64,000 nt of DNA from NCBI GenBank assembly GCA_965226495.1, contig OZ245365.1, positions 3,200,001 through 3,264,000 on the forward strand. The letters are read 5' to 3'. The notes beneath the pieces are model-generated. The model made no database searches. It had not been told where the DNA came from and saw only the letters and a list, made by a program, of their open reading frames with translations. Below, piece after piece: positions 1-10,021 of this stretch. The position numbers were made by a program, and so were the translations under genes. This DNA comes from Candidatus Marinacidobacterales bacterium. GTDB lineage: Bacteria; Acidobacteriota; Vicinamibacteria; Marinacidobacterales; DATDRI01. Within the stretch, counting starts at the first letter, position 1; the number at the start of each line of letters is the position of its first letter.

Positions 1-1
1 A

Positions 2-2125
2 CTAAGGGTCGAGCTGGATTGTGAGCCTAGCACCCGACTCGACTGAGAAGCCGTTTACTAGGATAACGGAATTTCGAGTGCGAAACGTGACATCGCCTCC
101 GGGTGCCGCGATTCGGAAGTTGGGACCGGCCGTGATGGAATTGCAGGCTTCGAAAACTTCCGTCGTATCGATTAGCCAATCTTCAAGGAACAGATCCGTG
201 TCAGGCAGGAGGCAAGGCGCAGTGAACACGTAGGCCGATCCGTCGTCGTCGTCCTGCCAGGCCCCCACCAGTATGGTGTCCCCGGTGGTCGCCACCGAGA
301 AGCCGAAGAGGTCACCCGCCGCAGCGTCGCTGGCGGTGAGCTTTTGGAACTCGCCCCAATTGTTCGGACCACCCTGGTTGCGCTCAAACACGTAGGCCGA
401 ACCGGACCCGCAGGAAGGGTCCGAAGGACATGCGTCGTCGTCCTGCCACGCCCCCACCACCGCCGTATCCCCGGAGATAGCTACCGATATGCCGAAGAAG
501 TCACCCGCCCCAGCGTCGCTGGCTGTGAGCTTCTTTACCTCGCCCCAATTGTTCGGACCGCCCTGGCTGCGCTGGTACACATAGGCTGATCCCGACTCGC
601 AGGCAACCGAAGGGCATGTGCCGTCGTTCTCATCTCCCAGCACCAGCGTGTCCCCGGAGATCGCTACCGAGAACCTGCCGAATTGGCGGAGGTTCTTTAG
701 CTCCCCCCAATTGTTCAAACCACCCAGGTGGCGCTCAAACACATAGGCCGCACGGCCTCCCACCACCGCTGTGTCCCCCGAGCCCGCCACCGAGAAGCCG
801 AAATTGCTATGAGACCCACCGTCGCTTGCGATAAGCTTCTTTACCTCGCCCCAATTGCTGGGACCGCCCTGGTTGCGCTGAAACACGTAGGCTGATCCCG
901 AGTTGGTGCAGAGAGGAAAAGGACACGGGGCATCGTCGTGCCAGGCCCCCACCAGTATGGTGTCCCCGGAGATCGCTACGGAGTGGCCGAACTGGTCACC
1001 CGCCGCAGCGTCGCTGGCTGTGAGCTTCTTTCGCTCGCCCCAATTGTTCAAACCACCCTGGTTGCGCTCAAATACATAGGCCGATCCGGACAAAGTGCCC
1101 GCGTCGTGGTTCCCACGCGCTCCCACCACCACCGTGTCCCCGGAGATCGCTACCGATCGGCCGAACGCGATATCCAACGGGTCACCAGCCACCGCGTCGC
1201 TCGCTGTGAGCTTCTTCACCTCCCCCCAGTTGTTCAAACCGCCCTGGTTGCGCTCAAATACATAGGCTGATCCGTTATCACCAAAATACGCCCCCACCAC
1301 CACCGTGTCCCCGGAGATCGCTACCGAGAAGCCGAATCGTAATTGGACTCCAGCGTCGCTGGCTGTGAGCTTCTTCACCTGGCTGACGGTTGGATCGATG
1401 GTCACCGGGTACACCGCTCCATCCTCCTGAACCCGAATCACAATGCTGTCGGCCGAGGCACTCATGTGTGCAGGAAGCACCTGCCCCGTCGCGTCCCAGG
1501 CAGCAAGCCCGCTATAGCGCAGCAACGCCTCCCCACCGACATCGGCCAAGACGATCGACAAGCCGGCAATCTCTTGCCTCGGGCTCAGTGAACCCGATGG
1601 GCGTAGCTCGAGCACCAAGGAGCCTCGTTGTCTTTCCCCCGGCGGCTCCTGCAGCGTGAACCCCTGCTCCAGACCGCCCTCGTCGTTCACATACCATTCA
1701 ATCAGGTTGCCCCGCCGGTACTCCACCCGGTTGCCTTGTACCGTCAGCTCCGCGGCAGGCACCGGCCGGATCGCATCCTCGTACCCGTAGCCCACCAGGC
1801 TCAGGCCCCACTCCCACGACGGTTCGGACCGGGTGAGCGGCCTTACCCGGATCCCGGACTCGGTGAAGTAGGTACGCAGGTTGTGGACCCGGTTCGGGGC
1901 CTGATAAGCGGCAGAAAGGTTGTCTGGGTACGCGCTCTCCTGCGACGTGACTCGATACTCAGCCTCTCGGACGGTGTTCGAGATCTTCGCCCAGGAAGCA
2001 GCATCCAGCCCTTCGGGGGGCAAACTCGGGCGACTCGCAGAATCCTGTGAGTCCCTGGCGCTCGACGCTACCATGCCCACCAGGAATACGACTGTGATCG
2101 ACGCGAGAATCCGTTTCTGGACCAT
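2..2125 (-). CDS. Secreted FG-GAP repeat (integrin-alpha-like beta-propeller) protein with a short C-terminal beta domain
   Basis: Signal peptide; about 7 repeats of 'KKLTASDAxxGDxFGxSVAISGDTxVVGA...GSAYVFERNQGGxNNWGE'; TAG stop at 2-4. Confidence 0.9.
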   Translation of the reverse strand: MVQKRILASITVVFLVGMVASSARDSQDSASRPSLPPEGLDAASWAKISNTVREAEYRVTSQESAYPDNLSAAYQAPNRVHNLRTYFTESGIRVRPLTRSEPSWEWGLSLVGYGYEDAIRPVPAAELTVQGNRVEYRRGNLIEWYVNDEGGLEQGFTLQEPPGERQRGSLVLELRPSGSLSPRQEIAGLSIVLADVGGEALLRYSGLAAWDATGQVLPAHMSASADSIVIRVQEDGAVYPVTIDPTVSQVKKLTASDAGVQLRFGFSVAISGDTVVVGAYFGDNGSAYVFERNQGGLNNWGEVKKLTASDAVAGDPLDIAFGRSVAISGDTVVVGARGNHDAGTLSGSAYVFERNQGGLNNWGERKKLTASDAAAGDQFGHSVAISGDTILVGAWHDDAPCPFPLCTNSGSAYVFQRNQGGPSNWGEVKKLIASDGGSHSNFGFSVAGSGDTAVVGGRAAYVFERHLGGLNNWGELKNLRQFGRFSVAISGDTLVLGDENDGTCPSVACESGSAYVYQRSQGGPNNWGEVKKLTASDAGAGDFFGISVAISGDTAVVGAWQDDDACPSDPSCGSGSAYVFERNQGGPNNWGEFQKLTASDAAAGDLFGFSVATTGDTILVGAWQDDDDGSAYVFTAPCLLPDTDLFLEDWLIDTTEVFEACNSITAGPNFRIAAPGGDVTFRTRNSVILVNGFSVESGARLTIQLDP
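230..1380 (-). repeat. Intragenic imperfect repeats encoding the FG-GAP blades
   Basis: Recurrent DNA blocks such as 'ccccaattgttc...ccctggttgcgct' and 'gtgtccccggagatcgctacc'. Confidence 0.85.
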
Positions 2126-2639
2126 CTCACCCCACTCGCGGGCTCTTCAATCACGCGTTAACAGCTAGCAAAATACTACCTTTGCGGGTCACCTTCAAAG
2201 AGGGTGCCAAATTTTAAAATAATAGGAAAATTCATACGTGCCCGACCCCGTCGGCGCGAATTTTCCCCACCAGAATGGAGCTGTGCAGTCCGAGTGAGTC
2301 CTGGTGAGGGTAGCAGAACTCGAGCAAGCGAGACAAGGCGGTGGAGGAGTGTCGGCCGCCGGGGGGCCTGGGGGTGTGAAGTGACACTCCGAGCGCCTCG
2401 TACCGACCGCCCCAATCGCACTTGAGAGGATCGGTCTGATGAACGCCGCTTGATGAGCTGGGAGCCATCTTTTTCTGAGCGCGGCACGCTTTTTGGAGGA
2501 CAGCTTCGGCTCAGAGTTGGCTTCAGGAAGGGAGAAACGCGATTTCTTGAAGGTTGCTGCTGGAGGCTGTTCGCTGGGGCTTCCTCGGTGCTCATCAGAG
2601 AGAATCGCGGCTTGCACCTACCGCGAAAAGTGACTTTTT

Positions 2640-2820
2640 GACTGTCCCCGTACTGACCCCGAACTGGTGACACTCAGGGACAAAAATGGCACTTTCCCCT
2701 TGGGGCCAACCGCCCTAAGTACCTGATTTTGTGACAAGTGTGATCGGCAGTGACATCCTTAATAAGGAGCGCCGAGGACTTAAAATCCCCTGCGTTTCTC
2801 GATGCCGGTGCGGATTCCCC
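2640..2820 (+). other. Possible att-site remnant with a tRNA-Leu(TAA)-like anticodon-arm fragment
   Basis: GAGGACTTAAAATCCCC at 2774-2790 resembles a tRNA-Leu(UAA) anticodon arm; no acceptor stem or D arm is recognisable; it lies in an ~800 bp non-coding gap. Confidence 0.3.
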
Positions 2821-2942
2821 GAGTCGTGCCCCGACGAACCGTGCCCGAGCATGGCGGGCAGCCGCCCAGAAAACACGCACGGACGGCTTGTCCTACGCCA
2901 AGAGTGCGCTTGGCCAATCAGCGCGAATCAAGTTGGAACGGG

Positions 2943-4088
2943 CTAGCGGTCTCGGTCCCAAATAGCGATGCCGCCGGCCTGTTTTCCGACATCGACCGAC
3001 GCGACCAGTCGGGGCGGCGCGATCTGGAAGACGTCGACGCTTCCCGGCTCACCACCGACGCCCTCCACGGTCACCATGGCGAATTTCCCATCCGGAGTCA
3101 CCACCACCCCGTGCGGCACGCTGCGAGAGGACGGAACGCTGGCGATCTCCTGTCCCGTCTCGAGATTCCAGAAGCCGACCGCTGCACCTTTCTTATAGGT
3201 GGCAACGAGAACTTTGCCGTCCGGGGTGACGTCAAGATTGTAGGGACCGGGACCGGTTTCGAACTTCCTCGTTACCTTCCAATCCTCGAGGTCCACTTCC
3301 AAGACGACGTCTTGGGCGTTCCCCGCAACGTAAACCTTCCCCTGCGGCGTTGGCGGAGTCACCCACGTCGGTTGGACCACCTTCGACATCGGATATCCGG
3401 TTTCGTGTCCTTCACCATGCTGATGCACGTCGCCACTCTGAGTATCTGGGTCGACGAGTGACAGCCTCCGGTTGACCTCGAACCGTAGCGCGTCGAACTC
3501 CATCAACTCGTCGCTCATCATGTTGACGGAATAGAGACGCATCCCTTTCGCGTCCAGCCGGGCGCCGTGCGGCATGATGCCGGTCGGGATCTGCGCCACC
3601 TCGATCATTGTCTCCGCCTCCACGACCGAGATGGTGCTGGGCTCCATATCCCCGTGGAGGTTGAAGTTGACGACGTAGAGAAGGCCGGTGCTCGGAGACA
3701 GGGCGAGCGTCGCCGGAAACATGCCGACGGTTACGTCGCCCACCCAGTCGTCCGTGCCGGTCTCGTACTTGTGAATAGAGCCGTAAGGCATTCCGTGAGC
3801 GATCGAGACGAACCAGTGCTTGCCGTCCGGAGAGACGTTGATACCGTGTGGGCCTTCGATGTCGGCGGGAAAACTCCCGACCTGAATGCTCTTGGCCACC
3901 TCGAGCCCACCGGGGCCGAAACGAATGAGCTCGACCCGGTCATCCGACTCGGCAGCAACGTAGGCATAGTAGTTATGCGTCGGTTTCGTTAAATCTTCCG
4001 CCGAAATCGTGGTCGGCTGGGCGAATACGAGGGCGAGCGCCGGCAAAAGCCAGCGCCCGCCAGCAAAGATAGCTGACGACTCCATCAT
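2943..4088 (-). CDS. YncE/YVTN-like exported beta-propeller, His/Met-rich (copy A)
   Basis: Signal peptide; blade motifs GPHGINVSPDGK, MPHGARLD, GPYNLDVTPDGK, VPHGVVVTPDGK. Confidence 0.85.
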   Translation of the reverse strand: MMESSAIFAGGRWLLPALALVFAQPTTISAEDLTKPTHNYYAYVAAESDDRVELIRFGPGGLEVAKSIQVGSFPADIEGPHGINVSPDGKHWFVSIAHGMPYGSIHKYETGTDDWVGDVTVGMFPATLALSPSTGLLYVVNFNLHGDMEPSTISVVEAETMIEVAQIPTGIMPHGARLDAKGMRLYSVNMMSDELMEFDALRFEVNRRLSLVDPDTQSGDVHQHGEGHETGYPMSKVVQPTWVTPPTPQGKVYVAGNAQDVVLEVDLEDWKVTRKFETGPGPYNLDVTPDGKVLVATYKKGAAVGFWNLETGQEIASVPSSRSVPHGVVVTPDGKFAMVTVEGVGGEPGSVDVFQIAPPRLVASVDVGKQAGGIAIWDRDR

Positions 4089-4103
4089 CTCTATCTACCT
4101 AAT

Positions 4104-6179
4104 CTACCGGGGCTCCCCGAAATCCCGGGGCTTGTCATCTTTGGTCTCTTCTTTCGGAACGAGTCTCACCGCCCAAAGCCCGGAATTGAAATCGGCGACG
4201 AAGATGTTTCCCTTGTAGGGCTGCGGTCCCCACACGAACGGAGCGTTCGGGACATAGCCTTCGGGATCGGCCGGGACCCAAAACGCGATCTCCCGCCCCT
4301 GCTTGTAGAGGTCACCGCGCAGCTCTCCAGAAACATCGACCACACGCAATCCCCCGTTGTAGTACCCGATGTACATAATGTCGTCTTCGATCCACAAATT
4401 GTGAGTGCCGGCCTCCGGAACCTGATAGCGCGCCACTTCACGTGGGTTTTCCCAGTCGTCCCACTCGATGACGTGAATCCAGCCGGCCGCCCGATCGGGG
4501 ACACTACCCGGCTCCGGGTTGAAACCGGCGTAGGGAAACGCTTCGTCGCCCATGAAGGCATAGAATGTTCCGGTCGACTTGCTGCGATAGGGATAGGCAG
4601 CGTGATTCCAACCGTTCGGATGCGCGTGACTGCCGAGCTTCACCGGGTTGTTCGGCGAGCCCCCTTTTCCACCCCCGCCGACGTCCACCGCTACCACACC
4701 GTCCGTCCAGTTGGAGGAATATGCGATGCCGTCCTCGACCCATACGTCGTGGATGCCGTGGCCGGGCGTGTCGAGCTCGAAGCGGCCCACGCGAGTGGGC
4801 TTAGTGGGGTCTTCTATATTGATGATGTCGTAGCGACGACCGTTGTTGATCGCGTAAATGTGGTTGTTGTGAATGAAGACGTTGTGTACGCCGCCGTTCA
4901 GCTGGTCGTCATAGCGAGCGATTACCTGAACACCGTCCCGGGGATTCGAAATGTCGAGGATGACGAGGCCGTTCTTGCGGTTCGAAGCCCCTTCCCTGCT
5001 GATCACGGCGACCTTCGCATCTTCCGATACCTTGACGTCGTTCACGGTACGGGCATCGACTCGAACGACGTCGATGAGCTGCATGTTCTTGGGATCGGTC
5101 ACGTCCCAGATGTAGGCGTGGCCGTCGGCGCCCCAGGTCCCGGTTAGGGCGTAGTCCCGCCCATCGACACCCTCCCAGATCCAGAGGTCCGATGTATGCC
5201 GGTCGCGGACCGCACCCTGTCCAATGACTTCGACTTCTTGACTGATGTCACGGGGCACGATCTTGATCGTCTGCCGCGCCGAGTGCGATCCTGCTACTGC
5301 GACAACGGTGTGCAGTCCGGAGCGTTCCGCCACGAAGGCACCATCTGGGTCGACGTGCGAGATCGCCCCGGGCGCGATGATGGTATCGAACGGTTTTCCG
5401 TAGCTGGCGAATTGGACCGGGAACTCGGGGACTTCCTTGCCCTTAGCATCGCGCGCCACTGCCTTGAAATGAACGACGTCGCCGGTCCTCGCCTGCTTGG
5501 TGCTTGCCTCGAGCTCGAACGAAACGACGGGGTTCTCGAGGACCTCGATGTTCACCGTCCCTTCGACATCCTCAGCCGTTGCGACGATCTTGGCCTTTCC
5601 CGGCTCGTGGAACACAAGGTTGCCCAGCTCGTCAATAGTCGCGACATCCTTGTTCCTACTCTCGAAACCCACTTGCATCTCGGTTCGCCAAGCTCCGGAG
5701 GTGTCCCGAACTTCCGTCTGAACCGGGACCACCGTGTCCGCATAAAAGCGGGAGGGGAGATTGGTGAACGACACCGATGCAATCGGTGGATTCGGTATCG
5801 TGACCGGTACTTCGACGCGGAGAAGCATCTCTGCCCTTCGACCCCTTTGCTCTGGGTCCTTGGGCACCACCGCAATGAGGGTGTGCTCACCGGGGCGATA
5901 GGCTTCCACATCGCCCTCCGGCGTCACGCCGACGCTCCGGCGCGAGCGCGAGAAAAACATAACGAGCATATCCACCGTCTCACCGGACGCGTCCTTGACG
6001 GTTGCGGTGAGCTTGGCCTTCTCGCCAACCTTCAAATGGAGCTCGGTGGGCTCGACAACAAGCTCCGCCGGTTCTGGCCCCGCCGACTCTTCGGTCCCAG
6101 CCGGCATTTCCTGGGCTGGGATCGGCACAGCCAAAAGAAGTGCCGCTATCGCAACGATGGCGATTTTTGTGAAATTCAC
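4104..6179 (-). CDS. Exported Ig-like + LVIVD-repeat beta-propeller protein (copy A)
   Basis: GTG start at 6179 after AAGAAAGGA, then a signal peptide; Ig-like N-terminal half; LVIVD blades (GLVILDISNP, GVVAVDV, GLRVVDVS). Confidence 0.85.
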   Translation of the reverse strand: MNFTKIAIVAIAALLLAVPIPAQEMPAGTEESAGPEPAELVVEPTELHLKVGEKAKLTATVKDASGETVDMLVMFFSRSRRSVGVTPEGDVEAYRPGEHTLIAVVPKDPEQRGRRAEMLLRVEVPVTIPNPPIASVSFTNLPSRFYADTVVPVQTEVRDTSGAWRTEMQVGFESRNKDVATIDELGNLVFHEPGKAKIVATAEDVEGTVNIEVLENPVVSFELEASTKQARTGDVVHFKAVARDAKGKEVPEFPVQFASYGKPFDTIIAPGAISHVDPDGAFVAERSGLHTVVAVAGSHSARQTIKIVPRDISQEVEVIGQGAVRDRHTSDLWIWEGVDGRDYALTGTWGADGHAYIWDVTDPKNMQLIDVVRVDARTVNDVKVSEDAKVAVISREGASNRKNGLVILDISNPRDGVQVIARYDDQLNGGVHNVFIHNNHIYAINNGRRYDIINIEDPTKPTRVGRFELDTPGHGIHDVWVEDGIAYSSNWTDGVVAVDVGGGGKGGSPNNPVKLGSHAHPNGWNHAAYPYRSKSTGTFYAFMGDEAFPYAGFNPEPGSVPDRAAGWIHVIEWDDWENPREVARYQVPEAGTHNLWIEDDIMYIGYYNGGLRVVDVSGELRGDLYKQGREIAFWVPADPEGYVPNAPFVWGPQPYKGNIFVADFNSGLWAVRLVPKEETKDDKPRDFGEPR

Positions 6180-6461
6180 GTTTCCACGTCCTTTCTTAAC
6201 CTCCCCGCGCACCACGCGAAGAGCCATAAGGAGCCTGCCGAGCGTAACGAGCCTACTTGAGCCTACTGAATTTGCCGCGCCGCGTCGGGCGCTAGAAATG
6301 CTAACCGGAGCGACTCGGGGCAGCCGCTCGACCGGCCAGCCTACCTTGTCGAAGCCTCCGCGGCAAGAGCCTGTCTCCACGTTCCCGGCCGTGCCCGGCC
6401 GTGCCCGCCCGGTGCCCCCCGTGCCCACCCATGTTAGAGTGGCGCCTGGAGCGAACACGGA

Positions 6462-8096
6462 ATGGACGAAGACCGCGACGTCATCGTCGAGACACTTCAG
6501 CGTGTCCGAAACCGCGTGCATTTCAATCGCGCACTGCGAGAGTTCGGGTTCGTGTGCTTCCTCTTCTTGGCTTCCGTGCTGGCCTTTCAGCTTATCCGGC
6601 TGTTCATTTCCATACCGGCAGGCGTCGACACGTATCTTCCAAAAATCTGGCTCGTGGCCTTCAGCGTTTTTTTCGTCTGGAGGGTGACTCGCAAGCGCAC
6701 CCTCGCGCAGGCAGCGGCCATCGCCGACGGCGAGGGAGATCTCAAAGACGAGCTCAAGACCGCCTACTGGTTCATCAAGAATGACACGGAGGACGGGGAG
6801 AAGGATGCCTCTCCTTGGATCGAGCTCCAGACGCGACGAGCCGCAACGACCGCCGCCGATCTCGACCTTGGCCAACTCGTACCGACTATCGTTCCAAAGG
6901 GGATGTTTCTTGCTGACGGTATCCTGTTCGCGATTGGGATCTTTCTTTGGACCCTTACCGGACAGCCATCCATGGTATCACCGTATGGTGCGCTCGAGCT
7001 GACTGGCGAGGAGGAGAACAAGGTTCAGGATATTCGGGAGTTGCTCGCGGATGCCGGACAAACCGAAACCGTTCAAGAGCTGGATGAAACGCTCGTTAGG
7101 CTCGAGCAAGGCGAGCTGTCCCTGGCCGACGGGCTTCAAGATCTAGCAATCGTCGAGAACCTCCTGTCCGAAGGCAACCTGGAACTAAGCACTATTAAGG
7201 AGGGCTTGGGCGAGCTCGCCCAAAACCTTCGGACGTCTTCCGAACTGACGCCAGTGGCCGATGCCATCCAATCCAGTGATTTGGACGATGCCTCTGACCT
7301 CCTGCGCGCGCTAGCCGAGAACCTGCCTGAAGCGCCCGCAGACATGGCGGCGTTGCGCGAGGCCCTGGAGAAAGCATCCCAGACTGAGGACGCATCGTTA
7401 GAGGAGCTCTTGGAGAATTTGCGGCAGGCCGCGGAAGCCTTGGCACGTCAGGATAGTGACGAGTTCCAACGATCCTTGGAAGAAGCGGCCAACGAGCTCG
7501 AATCGATGGGTCGCAAGATGGAAGCACAGAAGCAGATGAACGACGCTCGCCGCCAGCTTGGCGAGCTCCGGCAATCCCTTGGCCAGTCACCGTTCGGAGC
7601 GCCGGATGAGCAAGCCCCTCCACCGGCCGATACATCAGATGCAGGGGATGGCGAGGCCGCCCCTGCCGAGGCGGGTGGTATGGCAATGCCGGGAGGTGAT
7701 GTCCAGTTGCAATTGGGTGGGGGTGCCGCTCCCGATCCGACCGACGTGCTCGATGCCGGTCCGGGAGGTCATTCCACCGGCCCCTCTCAGGGAGAAGATA
7801 ATATTCCAGGAGAGCCCACTCGGCTCGAGGTACAACTGGAAATGGAAATGCTGGCCGCGGAAGAGGACCCGGAACGCACGCTGCCCGACGACATATTCGA
7901 TAAAGAGAGCAGACAAGAACATTCGTTAGTCGACTACCAACAAGCTAGCCCGCGGGCCGACTATTCCGACGAAGCCGTCATGAACGAGGAACGGATTCCG
8001 TGGCGTTATCGTAATCTGGTCAAGAGCTACTTCTTGGCGCTGAATTCTCAGCAGGCTCAGCAAGCCCAGCAGGCTCGGCCCGAAGACAACAATTGA
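6462..8096 (+). CDS. Membrane-anchored coiled-coil protein of the MoxR/VWA cluster
   Basis: N-terminal TM helices, long acidic coiled coil and C-terminal 'ERIPWRYRNLVKSYF'; 10 bp upstream of moxR. Confidence 0.75.
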   Translation: MDEDRDVIVETLQRVRNRVHFNRALREFGFVCFLFLASVLAFQLIRLFISIPAGVDTYLPKIWLVAFSVFFVWRVTRKRTLAQAAAIADGEGDLKDELKTAYWFIKNDTEDGEKDASPWIELQTRRAATTAADLDLGQLVPTIVPKGMFLADGILFAIGIFLWTLTGQPSMVSPYGALELTGEEENKVQDIRELLADAGQTETVQELDETLVRLEQGELSLADGLQDLAIVENLLSEGNLELSTIKEGLGELAQNLRTSSELTPVADAIQSSDLDDASDLLRALAENLPEAPADMAALREALEKASQTEDASLEELLENLRQAAEALARQDSDEFQRSLEEAANELESMGRKMEAQKQMNDARRQLGELRQSLGQSPFGAPDEQAPPPADTSDAGDGEAAPAEAGGMAMPGGDVQLQLGGGAAPDPTDVLDAGPGGHSTGPSQGEDNIPGEPTRLEVQLEMEMLAAEEDPERTLPDDIFDKESRQEHSLVDYQQASPRADYSDEAVMNEERIPWRYRNLVKSYFLALNSQQAQQAQQARPEDNN

Positions 8097-8106
8097 GAGC
8101 TTTCAT

Positions 8107-9102
8107 ATGGTCGCCGATCTAGACAGGCAAATAGAGTTATTTCGTGAGCAGTTTCGCACCGTCCGGGACGAGATCTCGCGAATCATCGTGGGACACCAGG
8201 AGATCGTCGAGGCCGTCATCATCAGCCTGCTCTCCAACGGACACGTTCTCTTGGAGGGCATTCCGGGGCTCGGGAAGACCAAGCTCGTTCAAACACTCGC
8301 CGACGTGCTCCACCTCGAGTTCTCGCGAATCCAGTTCACCCCAGACTTGATGCCCGGGGACATCATCGGTACCAATGTCGTTCACGAGAACGAAGAGGGA
8401 CAGAAGTTCTTGGATTTCCAGCCCGGCCCGGTATTCGCCAATATCATCCTCGCGGACGAGATCAACCGCGCCACCCCCAAAACACAATCGGCTCTGCTGG
8501 AAGCCATGCAGGAGAAGACCGTCACGGTTGGCAAGGTCACCCACCGCCTGGAGAAACCCTTCTTCGTCTTGGCTACGCAAAACCCGCTGGAGATGGAAGG
8601 CACATACCCGCTTCCCGAAGCACAACTCGATCGGTTCATCTTCAAGCTCAAGATCGGTTTTCCGAATCTCGAGAGCCTACACGAAATCCTCGACCGCACG
8701 ACTCAAGTCGACGAGCCGACCGTCGAGCGGGTCCTCGATCAGGGGCAGATCTTGGAGATGCGGAAGACGGCTCGCTCGGTTCCCATCGCCAGACCGGTTC
8801 AGGAGTACGCGATCAAGCTCACCCTGGCGACGCATCCTGAATCATCGGAAGCCCACGAGATGACCAAGCGATACGTTCGCTTTGGGGCCAGCCCTCGCGG
8901 AACACAAGCGTTGGTTATCGGGGGCAAGGTGCACGCACTCCTCAACGATCGGGTACATGTTTCCTGCGAGGACATTCGGGCAATCGCTCTACCCTCTTTG
9001 CGGCACAGAGTGCTCTTGAACTTCGAGGGAGAAGCGGAGCGGGTCGATCCCGATGCGATCCTGGAGGCGATCCTGGAAATGGTTCCGCAGCCCTCGGAAT
9101 AG
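8107..9102 (+). CDS. moxR: MoxR family AAA+ ATPase
   Basis: GHVLLEGIPGLGKT (Walker A), RIQFTPDLMPGD, ILADEINRA (Walker B), ATQNPLEMEGTYPLPEAQLDRF. Confidence 0.96.
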   Translation: MVADLDRQIELFREQFRTVRDEISRIIVGHQEIVEAVIISLLSNGHVLLEGIPGLGKTKLVQTLADVLHLEFSRIQFTPDLMPGDIIGTNVVHENEEGQKFLDFQPGPVFANIILADEINRATPKTQSALLEAMQEKTVTVGKVTHRLEKPFFVLATQNPLEMEGTYPLPEAQLDRFIFKLKIGFPNLESLHEILDRTTQVDEPTVERVLDQGQILEMRKTARSVPIARPVQEYAIKLTLATHPESSEAHEMTKRYVRFGASPRGTQALVIGGKVHALLNDRVHVSCEDIRAIALPSLRHRVLLNFEGEAERVDPDAILEAILEMVPQPSE

Positions 9103-9124
9103 GTTCAACGCACTTCCCCGTCTG

Positions 9125-10021
9125 ATGCCAGTAAGAGACAAACCGACCACTCTCTTCGACGAAGACTTCCTTCGCAAGCTCGAGTACCTGAACATCGTTT
9201 CGAACCGGCTCATTCCCGGTCACCTCAAGGGCCAGCATCGGGCTCGAAAAAAGGGCTCCGGCCTGGAGTTCGCCGACTATCGCCCGTACGTTCCGGGCGA
9301 TGACACTCGGAACGTCGACTGGAGAACCTACCTCCGTTTGGACAAGTTGTTGCTTCGAATGTTCGACGAGGAAGCGGACCTCCCCATCTACATTTTTTTC
9401 GACGCCAGTCGATCGATGAACTATGGAACGCCGTCGAAGTTCGACTACGCGCGCAAGGTTGCGGCAGCGCTCTGTTACATCGGTCTGCTGAACCTCGATC
9501 GAGTCAGCCTCATCGCCTTCGCCGACGGCAAAGCCGCAGAAATGTCTTCTCGGCGCGGGAAGAACCAGATCCACCACGCCTTGCGGTTCCTCGAAGGAGT
9601 GGACCTGGCGGGCACGACTCACATGCAGCCCGCCTTCAAGAGTTTCTTCAGCGCAAAGCGGCGCCGAGGTCTCGTCGCCGTCATTTCTGATTTCTTGGAT
9701 CCGGACGGCGTCGAGCAAGCGTTCAATTGGCTGCGATACCTGAGACAGGATGTGTTCACCTTGCACATTGTCAGCGCCGAGGAAACACGACCCGAGCTCC
9801 CGGCGGAGGTTCTCCTGGTCGATTCCGAAGACGGGACATCCCAGCGGATTCGAACGACGCCCGGCCTCATCGCGGCCTACGAAGAAAAGTTTCAGGAGCA
9901 CGCGCGGGAGATCGAATCCTATTGCTGGAAGTACGGCTGGGGATACGTCCGAACGACGACCGAAACTCCCTTCGAAGATCTCATCCTCCAGGTTTTCCGC
10001 CAGGACCGTTTCCTGAGATGA
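9125..10021 (+). CDS. DUF58 domain protein
   Basis: GSGLEFADYRPYVPGDDTRNVDW, DASRSM and VISDF motifs; follows moxR; start reassigned to ATG 9125. Confidence 0.92.
   Translation: MPVRDKPTTLFDEDFLRKLEYLNIVSNRLIPGHLKGQHRARKKGSGLEFADYRPYVPGDDTRNVDWRTYLRLDKLLLRMFDEEADLPIYIFFDASRSMNYGTPSKFDYARKVAAALCYIGLLNLDRVSLIAFADGKAAEMSSRRGKNQIHHALRFLEGVDLAGTTHMQPAFKSFFSAKRRRGLVAVISDFLDPDGVEQAFNWLRYLRQDVFTLHIVSAEETRPELPAEVLLVDSEDGTSQRIRTTPGLIAAYEEKFQEHAREIESYCWKYGWGYVRTTTETPFEDLILQVFRQDRFLR

Noticed and set aside
230-1380. Regularly spaced DNA repeats as a possible CRISPR array
   Set aside because: The repeats are in-frame FG-GAP blades of one protein, with no unique spacers and no cas genes.
2760-2830. Complete tRNA-Leu gene
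   Set aside because: Only an anticodon-arm-like word is present; no acceptor stem, D arm or proper TTCRA loop.
6385-6430. GTGCCC micro-repeats upstream of the MoxR operon
   Set aside because: Low-complexity GC-rich sequence; not shared with the paralogous intergenic region at 26205-26351.
6180-6875. N-terminal extension of the 923-aa ORF (similarly 26205-26654 for the 839-aa ORF)
   Set aside because: It overlaps the divergent genes; RBS and signal peptides point to starts at 6179 and 26204.
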